From: Octopus sinensis
Lineage: Eukaryota
Length of the DNA: 64,000 nucleotides
Assembly: GCF_006345805.1 (NCBI RefSeq)
Contig: NW_021834231.1
Span: forward strand, 9,237 to 73,236
Direction of reading: 5' to 3'
Notes under the pieces: generated by a model
What the model was told of the DNA's origin: nothing
Databases searched by the model: none
What the model saw: the letters and a program-made list of their open reading frames with translations, nothing else
Shown: one piece after another, positions 13,613-27,954 of the stretch
Position numbering within the stretch: the stretch's first letter is position 1
How the letters are laid out: every line of letters starts with the position of its first letter
Translations under genes and position numbers: made by a program

Positions 13613-13673
<61 letters not shown>

Positions 13674-15142
13674 ACCCTGTACGACATGCGTTGGAGAATG
13701 TTAATATTTAGTAGAATACAGATTGGCAGAGTTCATAACAGTCGAAGGATTTCTCAAGGTGAGAAGATCGATATAGTTTAAGCTGCTCTTTTTCTTGCTA
13801 CTGAATGAAGGGAAGACATGAGAAGGCTGTGTGTTCTTATGTATTTTTTTTTCTTTTTTAAGGAAGACATATTAGATGAATTATTCAGTAGAAATTTTGA
13901 TTGGGGCATCATGTTGTTAGAAAGAAGGTAATATGAACTGGCGTGATTTAGTTGAAAACAAACTCTGCTTGCTTATTCACCAACGAAGGAAATGTTGTAG
14001 TAATTAAAGTGAGATTGCAATTCCTCGGTGAACTAGTTACCGCATTTTTATGAATGAGAGATTTTTTAGGTCAATCTTCTTTAATATGATCTCTAAATTT
14101 TTTCTGTAGAAGTGTTGCCGCCTCATTTATGCAAGAATTTCTGTTTAGTGTAAAATTATGCTTTGTAGGGAATGGGGAGACATCAGCTGTTCTGAGACGG
14201 TACATTTTCTGAAGGTAAAAGAATCCTGCACTTGATTGTCAGAATTTGGTGAGCGGTAGCAACAGCAAATAAAAGAATATAGAAGAAGAGAATTTTATTC
14301 AGTTTACTAGAGAGAAATCGGTGTTGCCAAATTACAAACGCGGCAAACGAATTTGTAAGCTTTGGAAATGTTTCGTAAGAGAAAACAAAACCTAATTTAA
14401 AATGTAGAGTGTAACCAGACAAAAATGATTGGCTACAGGCAAAACTTCATTTTAGCTTGCATTCAAGAACTTCGAGATGCGAGTAATTTCAATATACTAG
14501 TAATGTTATTTCATTCTTTTGAGGTGGAAGTGATATAATTAATGCACATATTCTGGATCAACATTACAGGCTAACCTTAAAATCAAATCCGTTTTTTGTT
14601 TAAGGTAGACAAAGTGAATATGCACAGTATGATATATATCAATCAAGCAGGATAAATGTCTTTAATGATACTGGTTATCTTAAGAGAGGAATAATTAAAA
14701 CAGTAATTAAAACATTCTAAGCCTTAGTACAGTAATCATCTGCCACCGATTAATAAATATATTAATGACCCTTAGGCGATATATGAGGAGACATTGTTAT
14801 TGAGAAGATTACCAATTTATCAAATTTCGACTTTGAGGTTAATCAATATGAACACATCCTGTTATATTTATACTTATCTCGAAAACAAACTCAGCGTCTT
14901 TCTTTGAAATATTTGCGAAGCGACAGTAATAGAAGACATTTTGTTTTATTGTTGTTTGTTTTTACTTCTGAAAGATTCACTCATGCAAGGTTTTGGTGTC
15001 AGAATTTTCAGCAAACCAGAAGAGAAAACTTATAATTACATCAAGTGTTCAAGATAGTTTTCAGCACAGTGTGTGTGTATGTGTGTGTTATTCATATATA
15101 TATATATATAACACGCACACAAACACACAGACGCAAACACAT

Positions 15143-15177
<35 letters not shown>

Positions 15178-15589
15178 AGCAAATAGATGTTCAAAACAAT
15201 ATTATATCAAAAATTTTTATGTAAATGTCAATAGGATTTAAGAAATTTACTGATGTAAAAGTCGCATTTTAGACCTTTCCGTAAGAGCTTACAATGGACC
15301 TTTTGTTTTAATGTCAAGGAGTGAAATGTTATTTTTTTCCTGTTGAATAGTTGTTTTCTTTGATACATCTGAATGACTGATATTTGAGAGCGCGTGTCAT
15401 GCTGACGCTTTTGACGTTGAACCAAACAAATATTTCACATCTCATTACTTCTTCAATCATTTAGATGAATACTATGGATTAATATAATATATATTAGAAG
15501 CAAACGTAATTTCACCTTTATATCTATGAAGATTGATTTACTTATCAAACTAAACTTTAGACTTAGAATACTGAAGAACGGAATTAACT

Positions 15590-15991
15590 CACTCTTTTAC
15601 CCTGTTACTTGTTTCAGTCATTTGACTGCGGCCATGCTGGAGCACCACCTTTAGTCGAGCAAATCGACCCCAGAACTTATTCTTTGTAAGCATAGTACTT
15701 ATTCTATGTTTTTTTTCCGAACCGCTAAGTTACGAGGACGTAAACACACCAGCATCGATTGTCAAGCGATGTTGGGGGCACAAACGCATACACACAAAAG
15801 TATACACACACATACATATATATATATGATGGACTTCTTTCAGTTTCCGTCTACCAAATCGACTCACAAGGCTTTGGTCGACCCGAGGCTATATTAGAAG
15901 ACAGTTGCCCAAGGTGCCACGCAGTGGAACTGAACCCGGAACCATGTAGTTCGTAAGCAAGCAACTTACCACACAGCCACTCCTGCGCCTA
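15590..15991 (-). mobile_element. Family B SINE
   Basis: Full-length match to the other family B copies. Confidence 0.9.
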
Positions 15992-17865
15992 TAACTTGAC
16001 TAAGGACAGAATTTATTACAGCAAGATTTGCTCATGAAATAATAGTAGTTTAGAGCTTACTTCGAATAGTTTTAACATAACATCAATGCGTTAGATTTGT
16101 TTTTATCGCGTCCTATTTGCAGTGCTTTTAACTAACTTTGAAAATTACAAATGAAGAAGATAAACAGATACATTTTTGACAGATTAAGAATATTTTCATT
16201 AAAAACACTCGTCGTTGCCCCACTTAATTAATAGGTAACTGAATATGTAGATGTTTGTTGTTGAAGCGGGCCATGTCAGGTTTATATCAGGTAGATTCAT
16301 GCTGAAAGGTATTCCAGAATAATTATCGCGTATTCTGGGATATCTAAAACTGCTTAATAAGACCATTTTAAAAATATTGAGAAGTAATATTTCGGGGAAA
16401 TGTGGTGATATATCATGAAGGTTTTAGCATCTCTAGTTAGCTTTTGACGAAACGTGTTGTTGGCGTCGATTGTTAAATGTTTCAAAATACGTCGGAAATT
16501 GACTGTTAGAGCTACTTTAACGGATATCCGAGTCATATTACGTTATTTTGAATTCTAAGAGTGGATTAGATGTCTATACACAAGATTTTTAAAAATTTCT
16601 AAGACACCCCACACACACAGTCTCTCTCTCATACACACAGCCTTACACATACACATATTCATATATACTGTGCAATACATATAAAGATAGTATGTACCTA
16701 GAATATTATTAAGTGCTTGCGTTTATCATTGTATACTGTATATCATCATAATGCATTCTAGGGGGAATTTACAGTAAGCAGGCCGATAATTCAAGAAATG
16801 GTTTGTTTAGTTTGTGATTCTTGCTAATTGATATTTATTTGTCATGATTCATAAGTTTAAAAAAATGTTAATATCCTTCTTTGTTTGGGTATGATCATTT
16901 GATATTATTTAAATATTATTAATGCGCCGGTAGCATTTTGCGGTTTGTGATCTTTCAGATAAAGAATAAATTAGCAATGCTGTTTTAGCTAATATTGAAT
17001 TCGTTTCAATTACAACAATTTAAATATGAAAGGAGAAATAATAAAAAAAAAAGCAACTGAGACCGCTCTTTCAGAAGTGCTTGTGTGATTGGTGGATTGT
17101 ATGTTAAAGGCATTGTAAGAGACTTCTATGGATAATTTATTTGTGTGTCACTGAATGCAACCGTAGTTAGGGGATTAATACCGTTTAATGATAAAATAAA
17201 TTTCTCTTCTATCAACATTAATAGGATTCATGGATTTCTTTGAATTATGCTCTGTAAATAGAATCCTGTATTTAAAAGGAAGATGCGTACTTGTGTATAA
17301 GTTAATGCTTATGTGGCAATGTGCGTGGACGGTTTTATTTATGATCAGACATAGGCGTTGTTTCTTTTCATTTTATTGTATCGGTGTATCTCATAAATCT
17401 TATATATGATGTATCTCCATATATCTCTATGGATTTTTACTTTGAAATGTTACATACATAATTACTTCTACTGTTAATAATCAACAAGGAGAGAGAAAGC
17501 AGCATAAAGTACATATTTCAAATTACCCCAATGAAACTAATTACGGATTAATAACATCACCATAACAATAAGTGGGCACTGCCCTTAAGTTCAATAAAAC
17601 GTGTTACCGCCTGTTTTTTTTTTATCAGTATATAAATATTTATCGTTTTGTCGTTGTGTTTAACCATCGAAACACATTTTATCTACTTGCATCTTATAAT
17701 TATATTATTTATCGTTGAGTATCATTTTGTTCGTCACACTCTACGACCTGGCATACTCTCGTCCTCAGCGCCAATCTATGAAATAGATTATCATTGGAGA
17801 GTTACTGACTATATGATGAACACATTGCAGACTTAATCATGTATCAATATTATTTCAAAAGCCAA

Positions 17866-18815
17866 AGCGGCGAGCTGGCAGAAACGTTAGCACGCCGGGC
17901 GAAATGCTTAGCGGTATTTCGTCTGCCGCTACGTTCTGAGTTCAAATTCCGCCGAGGTCGACTTTTATCCTTACGGGATCGATAAATTAAGTACTAGTTA
18001 CGCACTGGGGTCGATGTAATCGACTTAATCAGTTTGTCTGTCCTTGTTTGTCCTCTCTGTGTTTAGTCCCTTGTGGGTAGTAAAGAAATAGGTCTTTCGT
18101 CTGCCGCTACGTTCTGAGTTCGAATTCCGCCGAGGTTGACTTTGCCTTTCATCCTTTCGATAAATTAAGTACCAGTTACGCACTGGGGTCGATATAATCG
18201 TCTTAATCCATTTGTCTGTCCTTGTTTGTCCTCTCTGTGTTTAGCCCCTTGTGGGTGGTAAAGAAATAGGTATTTCGTCTGCCGTTACGTTCTGAGTTCA
18301 AATTCCGCCGAGGTCGACTTTGCTTTTCATCCTTTCCGGGTCGAAAATTAAGTAACAGTTACACACTGGGGTTTATGTAATCCACTTAATCCCTTTGTCT
18401 GTCTTTGTTTGTCCCCTGTATGTTTAGCCCCTTGTGGGTAGTAAAGAAATAGGTATTTCGTCTGTCTTTACGTTCTGAGTTCGAATTCCGCCGAGGTCGA
18501 CTTGCCTTTCATCCTTTCGATAAATTAAGTACCAGTTACGCACTGAGGTCGATATAATCGACTTAATCCGTTTGTCTGTCCTTGTTTGTCCTCTCTGTGT
18601 ATAGCTCCTCGTGGGTAGTAAAGAATTAGGCATTTCGTCTCTCTTTACGTTCTGAGTTCTCTACATTTTGAGTTCAAATTCCGCCGAGGTCGACTTTGCC
18701 TTTGATTCTCCCGAGGTCTATAAAATAAGTACCAGTTGAGCACTGGGGTTGATGTAATCGACTTACCCCCACCCCCCAAAATCATAGACTTTGAGCCAAA
18801 GTTTGAAACCAATAT
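17866..18815 (+). mobile_element. Family A SINE tandem array (head plus five units)
   Basis: Junctions at about 18091, 18269, 18452 and 18629; the last unit has the older-type tail. Confidence 0.92.
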
Positions 18816-19380
18816 TTCTTAGTTATCAGACGACAATTGTTAACGCACAGAATGTTTAGTACCGTTTCTTCCGAATTTGTGTTCTGTGTTGCCGGGATCG
18901 TCTTTGCTATCTATGCTTTCGAAGTGGATAAAATAAGGGCCAGTAAGGACGATGTAATCAACTTAACCCTTTCCAAAATTTGCTGACCTTATGACAAAAT
19001 TTGAAACTATTACAACCCAAATATGCTGCAATAGTTTTAGTTCCATCACTCGATACAGAACAAATTGTTTGTCAGACTAGCGTAAATTTATGAAGATATA
19101 TATTCTGATTCTTGGCTTATAATTAATATATAGATAGCATGTTTATCTTTCCATTTTTCCATAAGTAAATGATCTTGGCAGTCTTTATAGAAACCACCTA
19201 ATAAGTAATTAAGTAAGTACATGAATGAATATTAATGATTCTATGTAATCTTTCCTTTTTAACGTTGAAAATTGATATACATACACATTTTACCTATTTT
19301 GGTTATGATATCATTTTTGATAATCTTAAATTTTATCTTTATGTAACATAAGAATATCGTATATAAACAATCACCTATAG

Positions 19381-19784
19381 TAGGCGCAGGAGTGGCTGTG
19401 TGGTAAGTAACTTGCTAACCAACCACATGGTTCCGGGTTCAGTCCCACTGCGTGGCATCTTGGGCAAGTGTCTTCTGCTATAGCCCCGGGCCGACCAATG
19501 TCTTGTGAGTGGATTTGGTAGACGGAAACTGAAAGAAGCCTGTCGTATATATGTATATATATATATGTATGTGTGTTTGTGTGTGTGTTTGTCCCCCTAG
19601 CATTGCTTGACAACCGATGCTGGTGTGTTTACGTCCCCGTCACTTAGCGGTTCGGCAAAAAGAGACCGATAGAATAAGTACTGGGCTTACAAAGAATACG
19701 TCCCGGGGTCGATTTGCTCGACTAAAGGCGGTGCTCCAGCATGGCCGCAGTCAAATGACTGAAACAAGTAAAAGAGTAAAAGAG
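19381..19784 (+). mobile_element. Family B SINE, full length
   Basis: TAGGCGCAGGAGTGGCTGTGTGGTAAG head, GGGTTCAGTCCC B-box-like motif, internal TA/TG tract and (TAAAAGAG)n tail. Confidence 0.92.
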
Positions 19785-20322
19785 TACCCCATGATAAAAT
19801 TTCCACTGTATTTACATCATAGATTTTATTATTGTAATTAACATCATGATTTAGGGAATTTCTCCACACAGCCTCCTTTATACCCAATTTACTACTCCTA
19901 ATATCTTGACAATATTTATGACCATACCTAACCACGAGCTGTCAATTCACTCTTGCCCTTCATTCCAAACAGCCACAGTCTTCTAGTCTTAGATTTAGTA
20001 GTTGATAAAAAGACAAATAAATTAGAAATGAACCACAATGATTTACAAGATATGACACCAGTAGGCTTCATGCCTTTCTTCGAAGTGTAGTATATTCTTA
20101 GCTACAATAGTGACGACATGGGTTTCTTCTATCTTCTTGCTCTGTTAAAGTATTTGAGTAAAATTGTATTGTGTCCGACTGATTAAAATTCTACTTATTT
20201 GTGCAACGGATGATAGCCCTGCATTTAAATTGATGTAATGATTGCATTATTCAATTAAATGCAGCCACTTGAAACGGTCGTACTGCATCACTTCTTGATA
20301 TCATGTTGCTTGTTTTGATTAT

Positions 20323-20369
<47 letters not shown>

Positions 20370-20542
20370 AAAGAGAGAGAGAGAGCGCGCTGTATTTGCT
20401 ACCCAACCACATAATCCTGGGTTCAAACTGTGTGGTACCCTCTACTTTATCCTCAAACCGATCAAAGACTTGTGAGTGGATTTGTTAGAAAGAAACTGAA
20501 AGAGGCCCGTGATACATATATTTATGCGTGTGGGTGTGTGAA

Positions 20543-21750
20543 TATGATGGATTCTCTCATCGTGAACGACAAAGGAGTGTTTAGTAAAATAAAGCGATAA
20601 TCATGTTTTTTGGATGGACGCAAATGGTCTCTTGAGGTCTGCTGGTGCCTTGCAAACCTTTTGGCAAATGAAACAAGTTGAGGACTCAATTTACTCGAGT
20701 ACTTGTGGATCATTTACTCTGTGTTTTGTTAAGTGGGCGGCAAATCATGCTTTGCTTCGTACTACAAAAACCACAGTGACGGGTAAGGCTTCCATTTAGA
20801 TGAGCAGCGTTTTGCCAGAGTGCCTTCATACTATCACAAAGTTGGTTCCGATGCTGGAGTCGACTTTACTCAGGTCTTTGAACTGAGGAGAAGCAAGACT
20901 GGCGCCAGATCCTGCGTTGTTATGCTTTGTTTTCCCAGGAAGAAAAGTGAATGTTTTGTATCGATTCAGATTGTCTTTTCGTTTGTCTTTGAAGCGCAAG
21001 CGTGGTCTTCCAACTGAACTTTCCTATTAGAAGTAGCCAAAGAGAATTAACTTCAAAACTCTGGTATCACTCATACGCGAGAGATGGCCTGACCATCTAA
21101 GCGGTATTTTGATCAGGATGGCTTCAAAACCTGATATGGTGCATCTTGTTAGCACCTCACTATTACGAATATGATCACTAGGTTTTATTTCGGAGATAGT
21201 CCGCAAGAATCGCTTATGTAAAGCGTCAAGTTTATTGATGTGCTTCTGTTACAGAGACCAAGACTCGGCACCATAAAGCAATAATGTCAAAACCACTGGC
21301 TTATATACATCGACTTCCATCTTCAACAATACGTCGTGGCTGTTTCAAAGCCTTTGATAAAGCTTACTGAAAGTCGAACTAGCCTTCCTGATTCTGATCT
21401 CGATTTCTTAATCCATCTTAGCATCATTGGACAACAAGGAACCAAGATAAGTGAAGAAGGAAACAGCCTTCCCATCAACATATACAGAAGGGGCGACAGC
21501 GGGAGGATGGACTGAAAGAGAAGCTCAGTTTTCTTGACGCTGATAGTCAGAACAAAAGCCTTCGATGCACGCGATAAGTTGTTTAGAATCCATTGCATGC
21601 TCTCAAGGGTGTGTGCTATAATTGCACAAACGTCTGCAAAGAACAAATCTCGAACTGTTTGCTCCAAAATCTTAGTTTTTGCTTTGAAGCGTGGTTGGTC
21701 GAAAAAGCATCTACCTGTTCTGTATTCCAACTTTCTTCTTTAAAACCCTC
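20543..21750 (-). mobile_element. RTE-clade LINE, decayed RT to 3' end
   Basis: ORF 21323..21730 contains RFKAKTK...VRDLFFADVCAIIAHT...LTISVKKTELLFQ; downstream there is an LRWSGH-like motif at about 21085-21102. Confidence 0.85.
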
Positions 21751-22456
21751 GGACGCTGTTACCAACATGAGAAATACAAAGCAAGTAAGAACGGCGCAAG
21801 AACACAGTCTTGTTTTGTCGCATTTGAGATTGATCTAACAGAAGCCATTATCCCTCGATAGGAAGAAGTGATGTCATGTATGTCAGGTCATTCTCGAGCG
21901 CTACTGGTAACATGTAACCCACCGACGACCCAGCTTAATCACCGAAGACCCACTTTCGTCTCGGACGATACTATTTAGTCCCCTACGACCCGATTTAGTC
22001 ACCGACGACCCATTTAGTCGCCAACTGTTGCATGGTCGAATCATCGGCGACTAAACTGCTTACTACACCAACCTTGCTTGGTAAGGAGGGTGATCCTTAG
22101 ACACTCTGCGGAACTCAGGTAAGATAAGCTTGACTCAGTGCATGAGGAGTCTGACCTTTTTAAGTTACAGGTACTGTCCATATAATTGGTTTTTACGTAA
22201 TTTCTCTGTACATAATTTCACTCGCAATGTTTTGTTAAGACTACCTGTCGTAGTAAATGGCACTAACACACGATAACAAACAACGGGATTAAATCTATGA
22301 CCTAACTCTAGTACATAAGCTTCTTACACATTCGCTCATATCTGCTCTAAACACTCTTAGATGCATTAATCTCTACATATATAGTACCTACCTACCAACC
22401 TGCCAACATGCATAAATGCATACATATATACATGTAAAACTTAGTGAATAAAATAA

Positions 22457-22648
22457 TATTGCAAAATTCCGGTTTCTTTTGGGTATCTTCTCGTACGTGC
22501 ATACGCAAGTACGTTTGTGTGTATGGCTATATGTAAGTATGGATACACGAAGCACATGGTGTACCCATACATACATATATCCATACACAGACATACTTGC
22601 GTATGTACGTACGAGAAGATACCCAAAAGAAACCGGAATTTTGCAATA
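22457..22648. repeat. Inverted repeat with 55-bp arms
   Basis: 22457-22511 is the near-perfect reverse complement of 22594-22648. Confidence 0.9.
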
Positions 22649-22769
22649 GGGGGAATTACAATCGTGTTTTGTGGTCTCCTACCACAACAGCTCCTTTATA
22701 GGATCCAGTTAGCTCAAGACATCACCAGGAGGAACCACGTCCGGTTTCGGCCCCTACTCCTCTACCGTT

Positions 22770-23500
22770 TTACATGTTTACACTTTTATCACCTTCAAAT
22801 TATTCTCCATTTAAAGCAACGCATCGATCCAGGCGCATTTTCCACTATTCGAAACAGTGCTGGAACTCTCGAGAAGTGATGCCTTTTAGCGCCTCCGTCG
22901 TATTTTTGTTTCACTTCTTCCACATTTGTTTCATTTCATAGCACCAGTTTTCATCTCCAGTGATGACCTTTGATAAAAGGTCTAGATTAACTTCCGACTG
23001 TTCGATCAGTTCACGACACGCATTCATTCGTGACTGATTTTGATCTTCCGTGAAAAAACGAGGTAACATTTCAAGGTAACTATTTTCATTCGCAATTCCT
23101 TGCCCAAAATTTGTTGGCAGAGTTCCAGGACACACCAGTCATATCAACATGTTCGTCAATTTTTCGATGATGGGCCCCCAACATCAGTTCATTAATTTTC
23201 ATGATATAATCCTTCATTCGGGAAGTCGACGGTCGCCCTTAACGAGGTTGGTTTTCAAACGACAAATGAGAAAATCCCTAAAGCGTGAAAACCCCTTGTA
23301 AATTTATGTTTTGCTCATTGCAGTATCCTTGTAAGCTTTGTGTGACATGACAACTGTCTCGGTCGCCATATTACCTAGCAGAAAAGGGCATTTCACAGAG
23401 GCACGCTGTTCCTTTGCTTCATCCATTGCAAAAGTTGACGAACAGAGGAGAAGCCCTGCTAAACAAAGATGCATCACGTGGCAGTATGGCCGCATTGAGC
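22770..23500 (-). mobile_element. Decayed mariner transposase
   Basis: EQRASVKCPFLLGNMATETVVM...AYKDTAMSKT (HTH region) and LLSKVITGDENWCYE (first catalytic D motif). Confidence 0.85.
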
Positions 23501-23876
23501 AAAGCCGGTCGGCAGATTGATGCCTGAGGATCGCATCAAGTGGCTTCTACTCACACTGCTTTGTGTACATACATATAGACGTACATAGATCTTGAGAATT
23601 AGTACCCACTACATTTTTAATATTATACTTTTGAAATCAAAGAACAAGTTATATCGAAATAGTTCTTACTGAACATAGGAAACTGTGTAATTTAAAACCA
23701 TTACTATGAGACCAAAATTATCGAATGCTTCACATATTTGAGGTGGGGCTACAATTTCTTATAGGTAGCTTCGGCACCAAAAATTACCATTTTGTAAAGC
23801 ATGACCTTATAAGTAAACAATGTATGATACAGTGCTTGTGAAGGGCTACCATGGAATAAAATCAAAATATAATAAT

Positions 23877-24097
23877 AATTGCAGCGTGGAAGGTGTTTAT
23901 AAGTCATTTAAGAAGTACACAAAAGCCGTTAGATTCACTTCAACATTTAAATTTAATTTGTCAAAATGTTTTCGTCGCTTTGAGTCTGCGACCTATTCAC
24001 TGACAAAACTTCGTGCTGCAAATTTAAATGTTGAAGTGACTCTAGCGGTTTTTGTGTGCTTCTTAAATGGCTTATAAGCACCTTCCACGCTGCAATT
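23877..24097. mobile_element. Inverted-repeat element enclosing a hammerhead-shaped junction (PLE-pLTR-like)
   Basis: 78-bp arms at 23877-23954 and 24020-24097. The minus strand of the spacer reads TTTGTCA-GTGAATA-GGTCGC...GCGAC-GAAA-ACATTT-TGACAAA. Confidence 0.7.
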
Positions 24098-24339
24098 GTT
24101 TTCATTCCAGCACACGATCTCAGATCAAGTCACTCGCTATGCAAGTACATCTCCGTAATATAATAATATTATATTCATATATTCTAACATTCAACAGACA
24201 AATGAAGAAGCAAACCTAATCTAAGTACATGGGTCAGAATGTTAAAATCCAGAAATATTGTTCTTTTATGGAGATCAGTAGCAAATACAGATGAACATAT
24301 CCTTGAGATGTATAAAAAAAACAAAAGAACCCACATTTA

Positions 24340-24890
<551 letters not shown>

Positions 24891-25865
24891 TGAAAAAAAA
24901 AACGTACATTTGGGCAAATTGTGCATCTATCTGATAAAGTTGCATTAATATTCTTAAGCATTAATGCACTTGGTTAACATAATAATAGTTTGTGTTCTTA
25001 AAACGTAAGATATATGATAGAATATGCAACGTTATATGTATTCTGATTTGAAAATTCACTCTTTCAACAGAACAGAGGAAGAATGCAAGACTTTATTAGA
25101 TTATATAAAATATGTTTTTATTATGTACATTTAATCTACAGAGGTTTCTTGCTTTGTTGGAAACTGAGAAGAATATGAAAAATCTGAACAAAACAGAAAA
25201 ATCCTTGAATAGGAAATTCTTTAACCGAAAACCCTATTACTAACGAGCCATGAGCAGATATATGTCTGTCAGTAACCCATAAGGTATATGGCGAGGGCGA
25301 ACAGAAGAAGCACTTCTGTATTATTAAGCAACTGTAAAGGATAAATGAAGATATTTTCACCTTAGATCAAGAAAGAAAATAAGAAGAATGATTTTTAACA
25401 ATGAAGTACTGCGTCTGAATACAATAAAGTAACGTGATAGAGTTGAAGAGTGATACGATATTTTACAGAATGGGAATCACGTGTATGCTTAAAAGAACTC
25501 TGGAAAACCAAATTATCAAACTGCTTTGTTATAACACACAATTTTTAACCGCTGCTCATGACAGCAACTTGCTAGGAAAATATAGACGTATTGCTTCAGG
25601 GGATAAACTTTTGAATCTAGATATCTATAGGAATGAAGTAATTAATCAAATATTTTTACCGAAATGGAGAAAATAGATTACACATTTATAAGATTATTAT
25701 ATATCAACTTGTTAACTGAAGTTCATTGCGGAATGTATCACCGTGTTAGTAATCAACAGAAACTAGAATCTAAACATAAATATATACAGAAATATTATAT
25801 AAATACATACATATATAAACACATATATACATACACACACAGACACAGACACACACATATGTATG

Positions 25866-25915
<50 letters not shown>

Positions 25916-25918
25916 CTC

Positions 25919-25978
25919 TTCTACTGAAGAAGATATATCCTTTATAGGGATTAATTCCGAAATTGATTCAATATAGAG
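25919..25978 (+). ncRNA. Hammerhead ribozyme-like motif
   Basis: TTCTA-CTGAAGA-...ATCCTT/AGGGAT...-GAAA-TTGATTCAAT-A-TAGAG; core intact, short stem I. Confidence 0.5.
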
Positions 25979-26254
25979 ATAACGAAATTTAAATTTTCTA
26001 AAGGTTAGTTGCCCGCTTTCAGTTCAATTTTCCTGAAACATGTGGATTATAAGTGGATAAATCAGTGTATTGGCTATAGAATGACCTTCTTTAGCCCTTA
26101 ATTATAAGATGTTTATACTTCAACCGTAAAGGTTTTTTTTAATATACTGCCACGCCTTTTCATAGAATCCTTTTCTGTAGAGAAAGGGACTTCATCCTAT
26201 ATTGTTAGTATATATATATATATACATATAGCAGTGTAAAATCACTACTGAAGC

Positions 26255-26770
26255 GATATTTCAGGAAGATGAAGAACACTTGGTGGGAGTATCTTGCTCG
26301 TGATATTCAGGCTGCTGCTGATGCAAATGACAGCAAGAAGCTTTACCATCTTATGAAGCAAGTTTATGGGTCTAAGTTGTAAATGAAACGTTGCTTGACA
26401 TTATGCTCCTTAAATTCCACGCCTTCAATAGATGAAGTAATGACATCAATAAGTAAATATATCTTGGTAGGGCACCTGGAAAGGATGGAATCTGTGCTGA
26501 GATCTTGCGATTTTGGTGGTGATTACATCATACAGTCCTTTCATGAACTCAATAGTGTAGTGCGAAGGTATGGTGCAATACCTAAAGACTGGAAGGATGC
26601 AATTATTATTCCTCTCTATAAAGGAAAAGGAGCCAGAACAATGTGTGGTAACAGAAGTATTGCTCTACTATCAGCTGCTGGCAAGGTTCTGGCAAATATT
26701 ATTCTTAACTGCCTGAATGGGTGTCTCGTAAGTGATGTCCTATCTGAATCTCAACGTGGTTTCTTCATGT
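26255..26770 (+). mobile_element. RTE LINE fragment (pre-RT and RT start)
   Basis: IPKDWKDAIIIPLYKGKG...RSIALLSAAGKVLANIIL...LSESQRGF. Confidence 0.88.
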
Positions 26771-26844
26771 AAATTTGTTAGCGTAAATTTGATCCGTTTT
26801 CTTCGCCTAGATTCACCTAGACAAAATTATGTATGTTGCTACAT

Positions 26845-27227
26845 CAGTGCTGTGTGATAAGAAATTGCTTCCTGCTTCCCAACCACATGGTCCCGAGTTC
26901 AGTTCCACTGCGTGGCACCTTGGTCGAGTGTTTTCTACTATCGTCTTGGGCCGACCAAAGTCTTGTGAGTGAATTTGGTAGACGGAAACTGAAAGAAGCC
27001 CGTCGTGTGTATGTGTTTTGTGCATTTATGTCTGTGCCGCTCCATCACCGCTTGACAACCGGCGCTGGCGGATTTATGTTCTCCGTAACATAGCGGTTCG
27101 GCGAAAGAAATCGACAGAATACTACTACGCTTTAAAAAATTTTGGAGTCAATTTTTTCGACTAAGTCTTGAAGGTGGTGCTCCACCATGGCCGCAGTCAG
27201 ATGATTAAAACAACTAGAAGAATTAAA
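26845..27227 (+). mobile_element. Family B SINE, diverged
   Basis: Homologous to 19381-19784. Confidence 0.85.
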
Positions 27228-27298
27228 GAATGCACACACACATACACAGATATATATATATACATATGTGTGTGTGTGTGTGTGCGTATGCATGTCTG

Positions 27299-27365
<67 letters not shown>

Positions 27366-27431
27366 CATACATACATACATATATACATATATATATACAT
27401 ATATATACACACATATATATATATATATATA

Positions 27432-27837
27432 TCTTTTATCTCTTTTACTTGTTTCAGTCATTTGACTGCGGCCATACTGGAGCACCGCCTTTAATCGAGC
27501 AACTCGACCCCGGGACTTATTCTTTTGTAAGCCCAGTACTTATTCTATCGGTCTCTTTTGCCGAACCGCTAAGTAACGGGGACATAAACACACCAGCATC
27601 GGTTGTCAAGCAATGCTAGGGGGACAAACACAGACACACAAACACACACACGCATATATATATACATATATACGACGGGCTTCTTTCAGTTTCCGTCTAC
27701 CAAATCCACTCACAAGGGTTTGATCGGCCCGAGGCTATAGTAGAAGACACTTGCCCAAGGTGCCACGCAGTGGGACTGAACCCGGAACCATGTGGTTGGT
27801 AAACAAGCTACTTACCACACAGCCACTCCTTCGCCTA
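27432..27837 (-). mobile_element. Family B SINE, full length
   Basis: Near-consensus reverse complement of 19381-19784. Confidence 0.92.
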
Positions 27838-27885
27838 TATTTTTTTTATTATTTAGTTTCAGCTCACAAGCTGTGGCCATGCTGG

Positions 27886-27954
<69 letters not shown>

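Noticed and set aside
17866-18815. Regular repeat array as a CRISPR locus
   Set aside because: Whole 180-bp units repeat with no unique spacers and no cas genes; these are SINE multimers in eukaryotic DNA.
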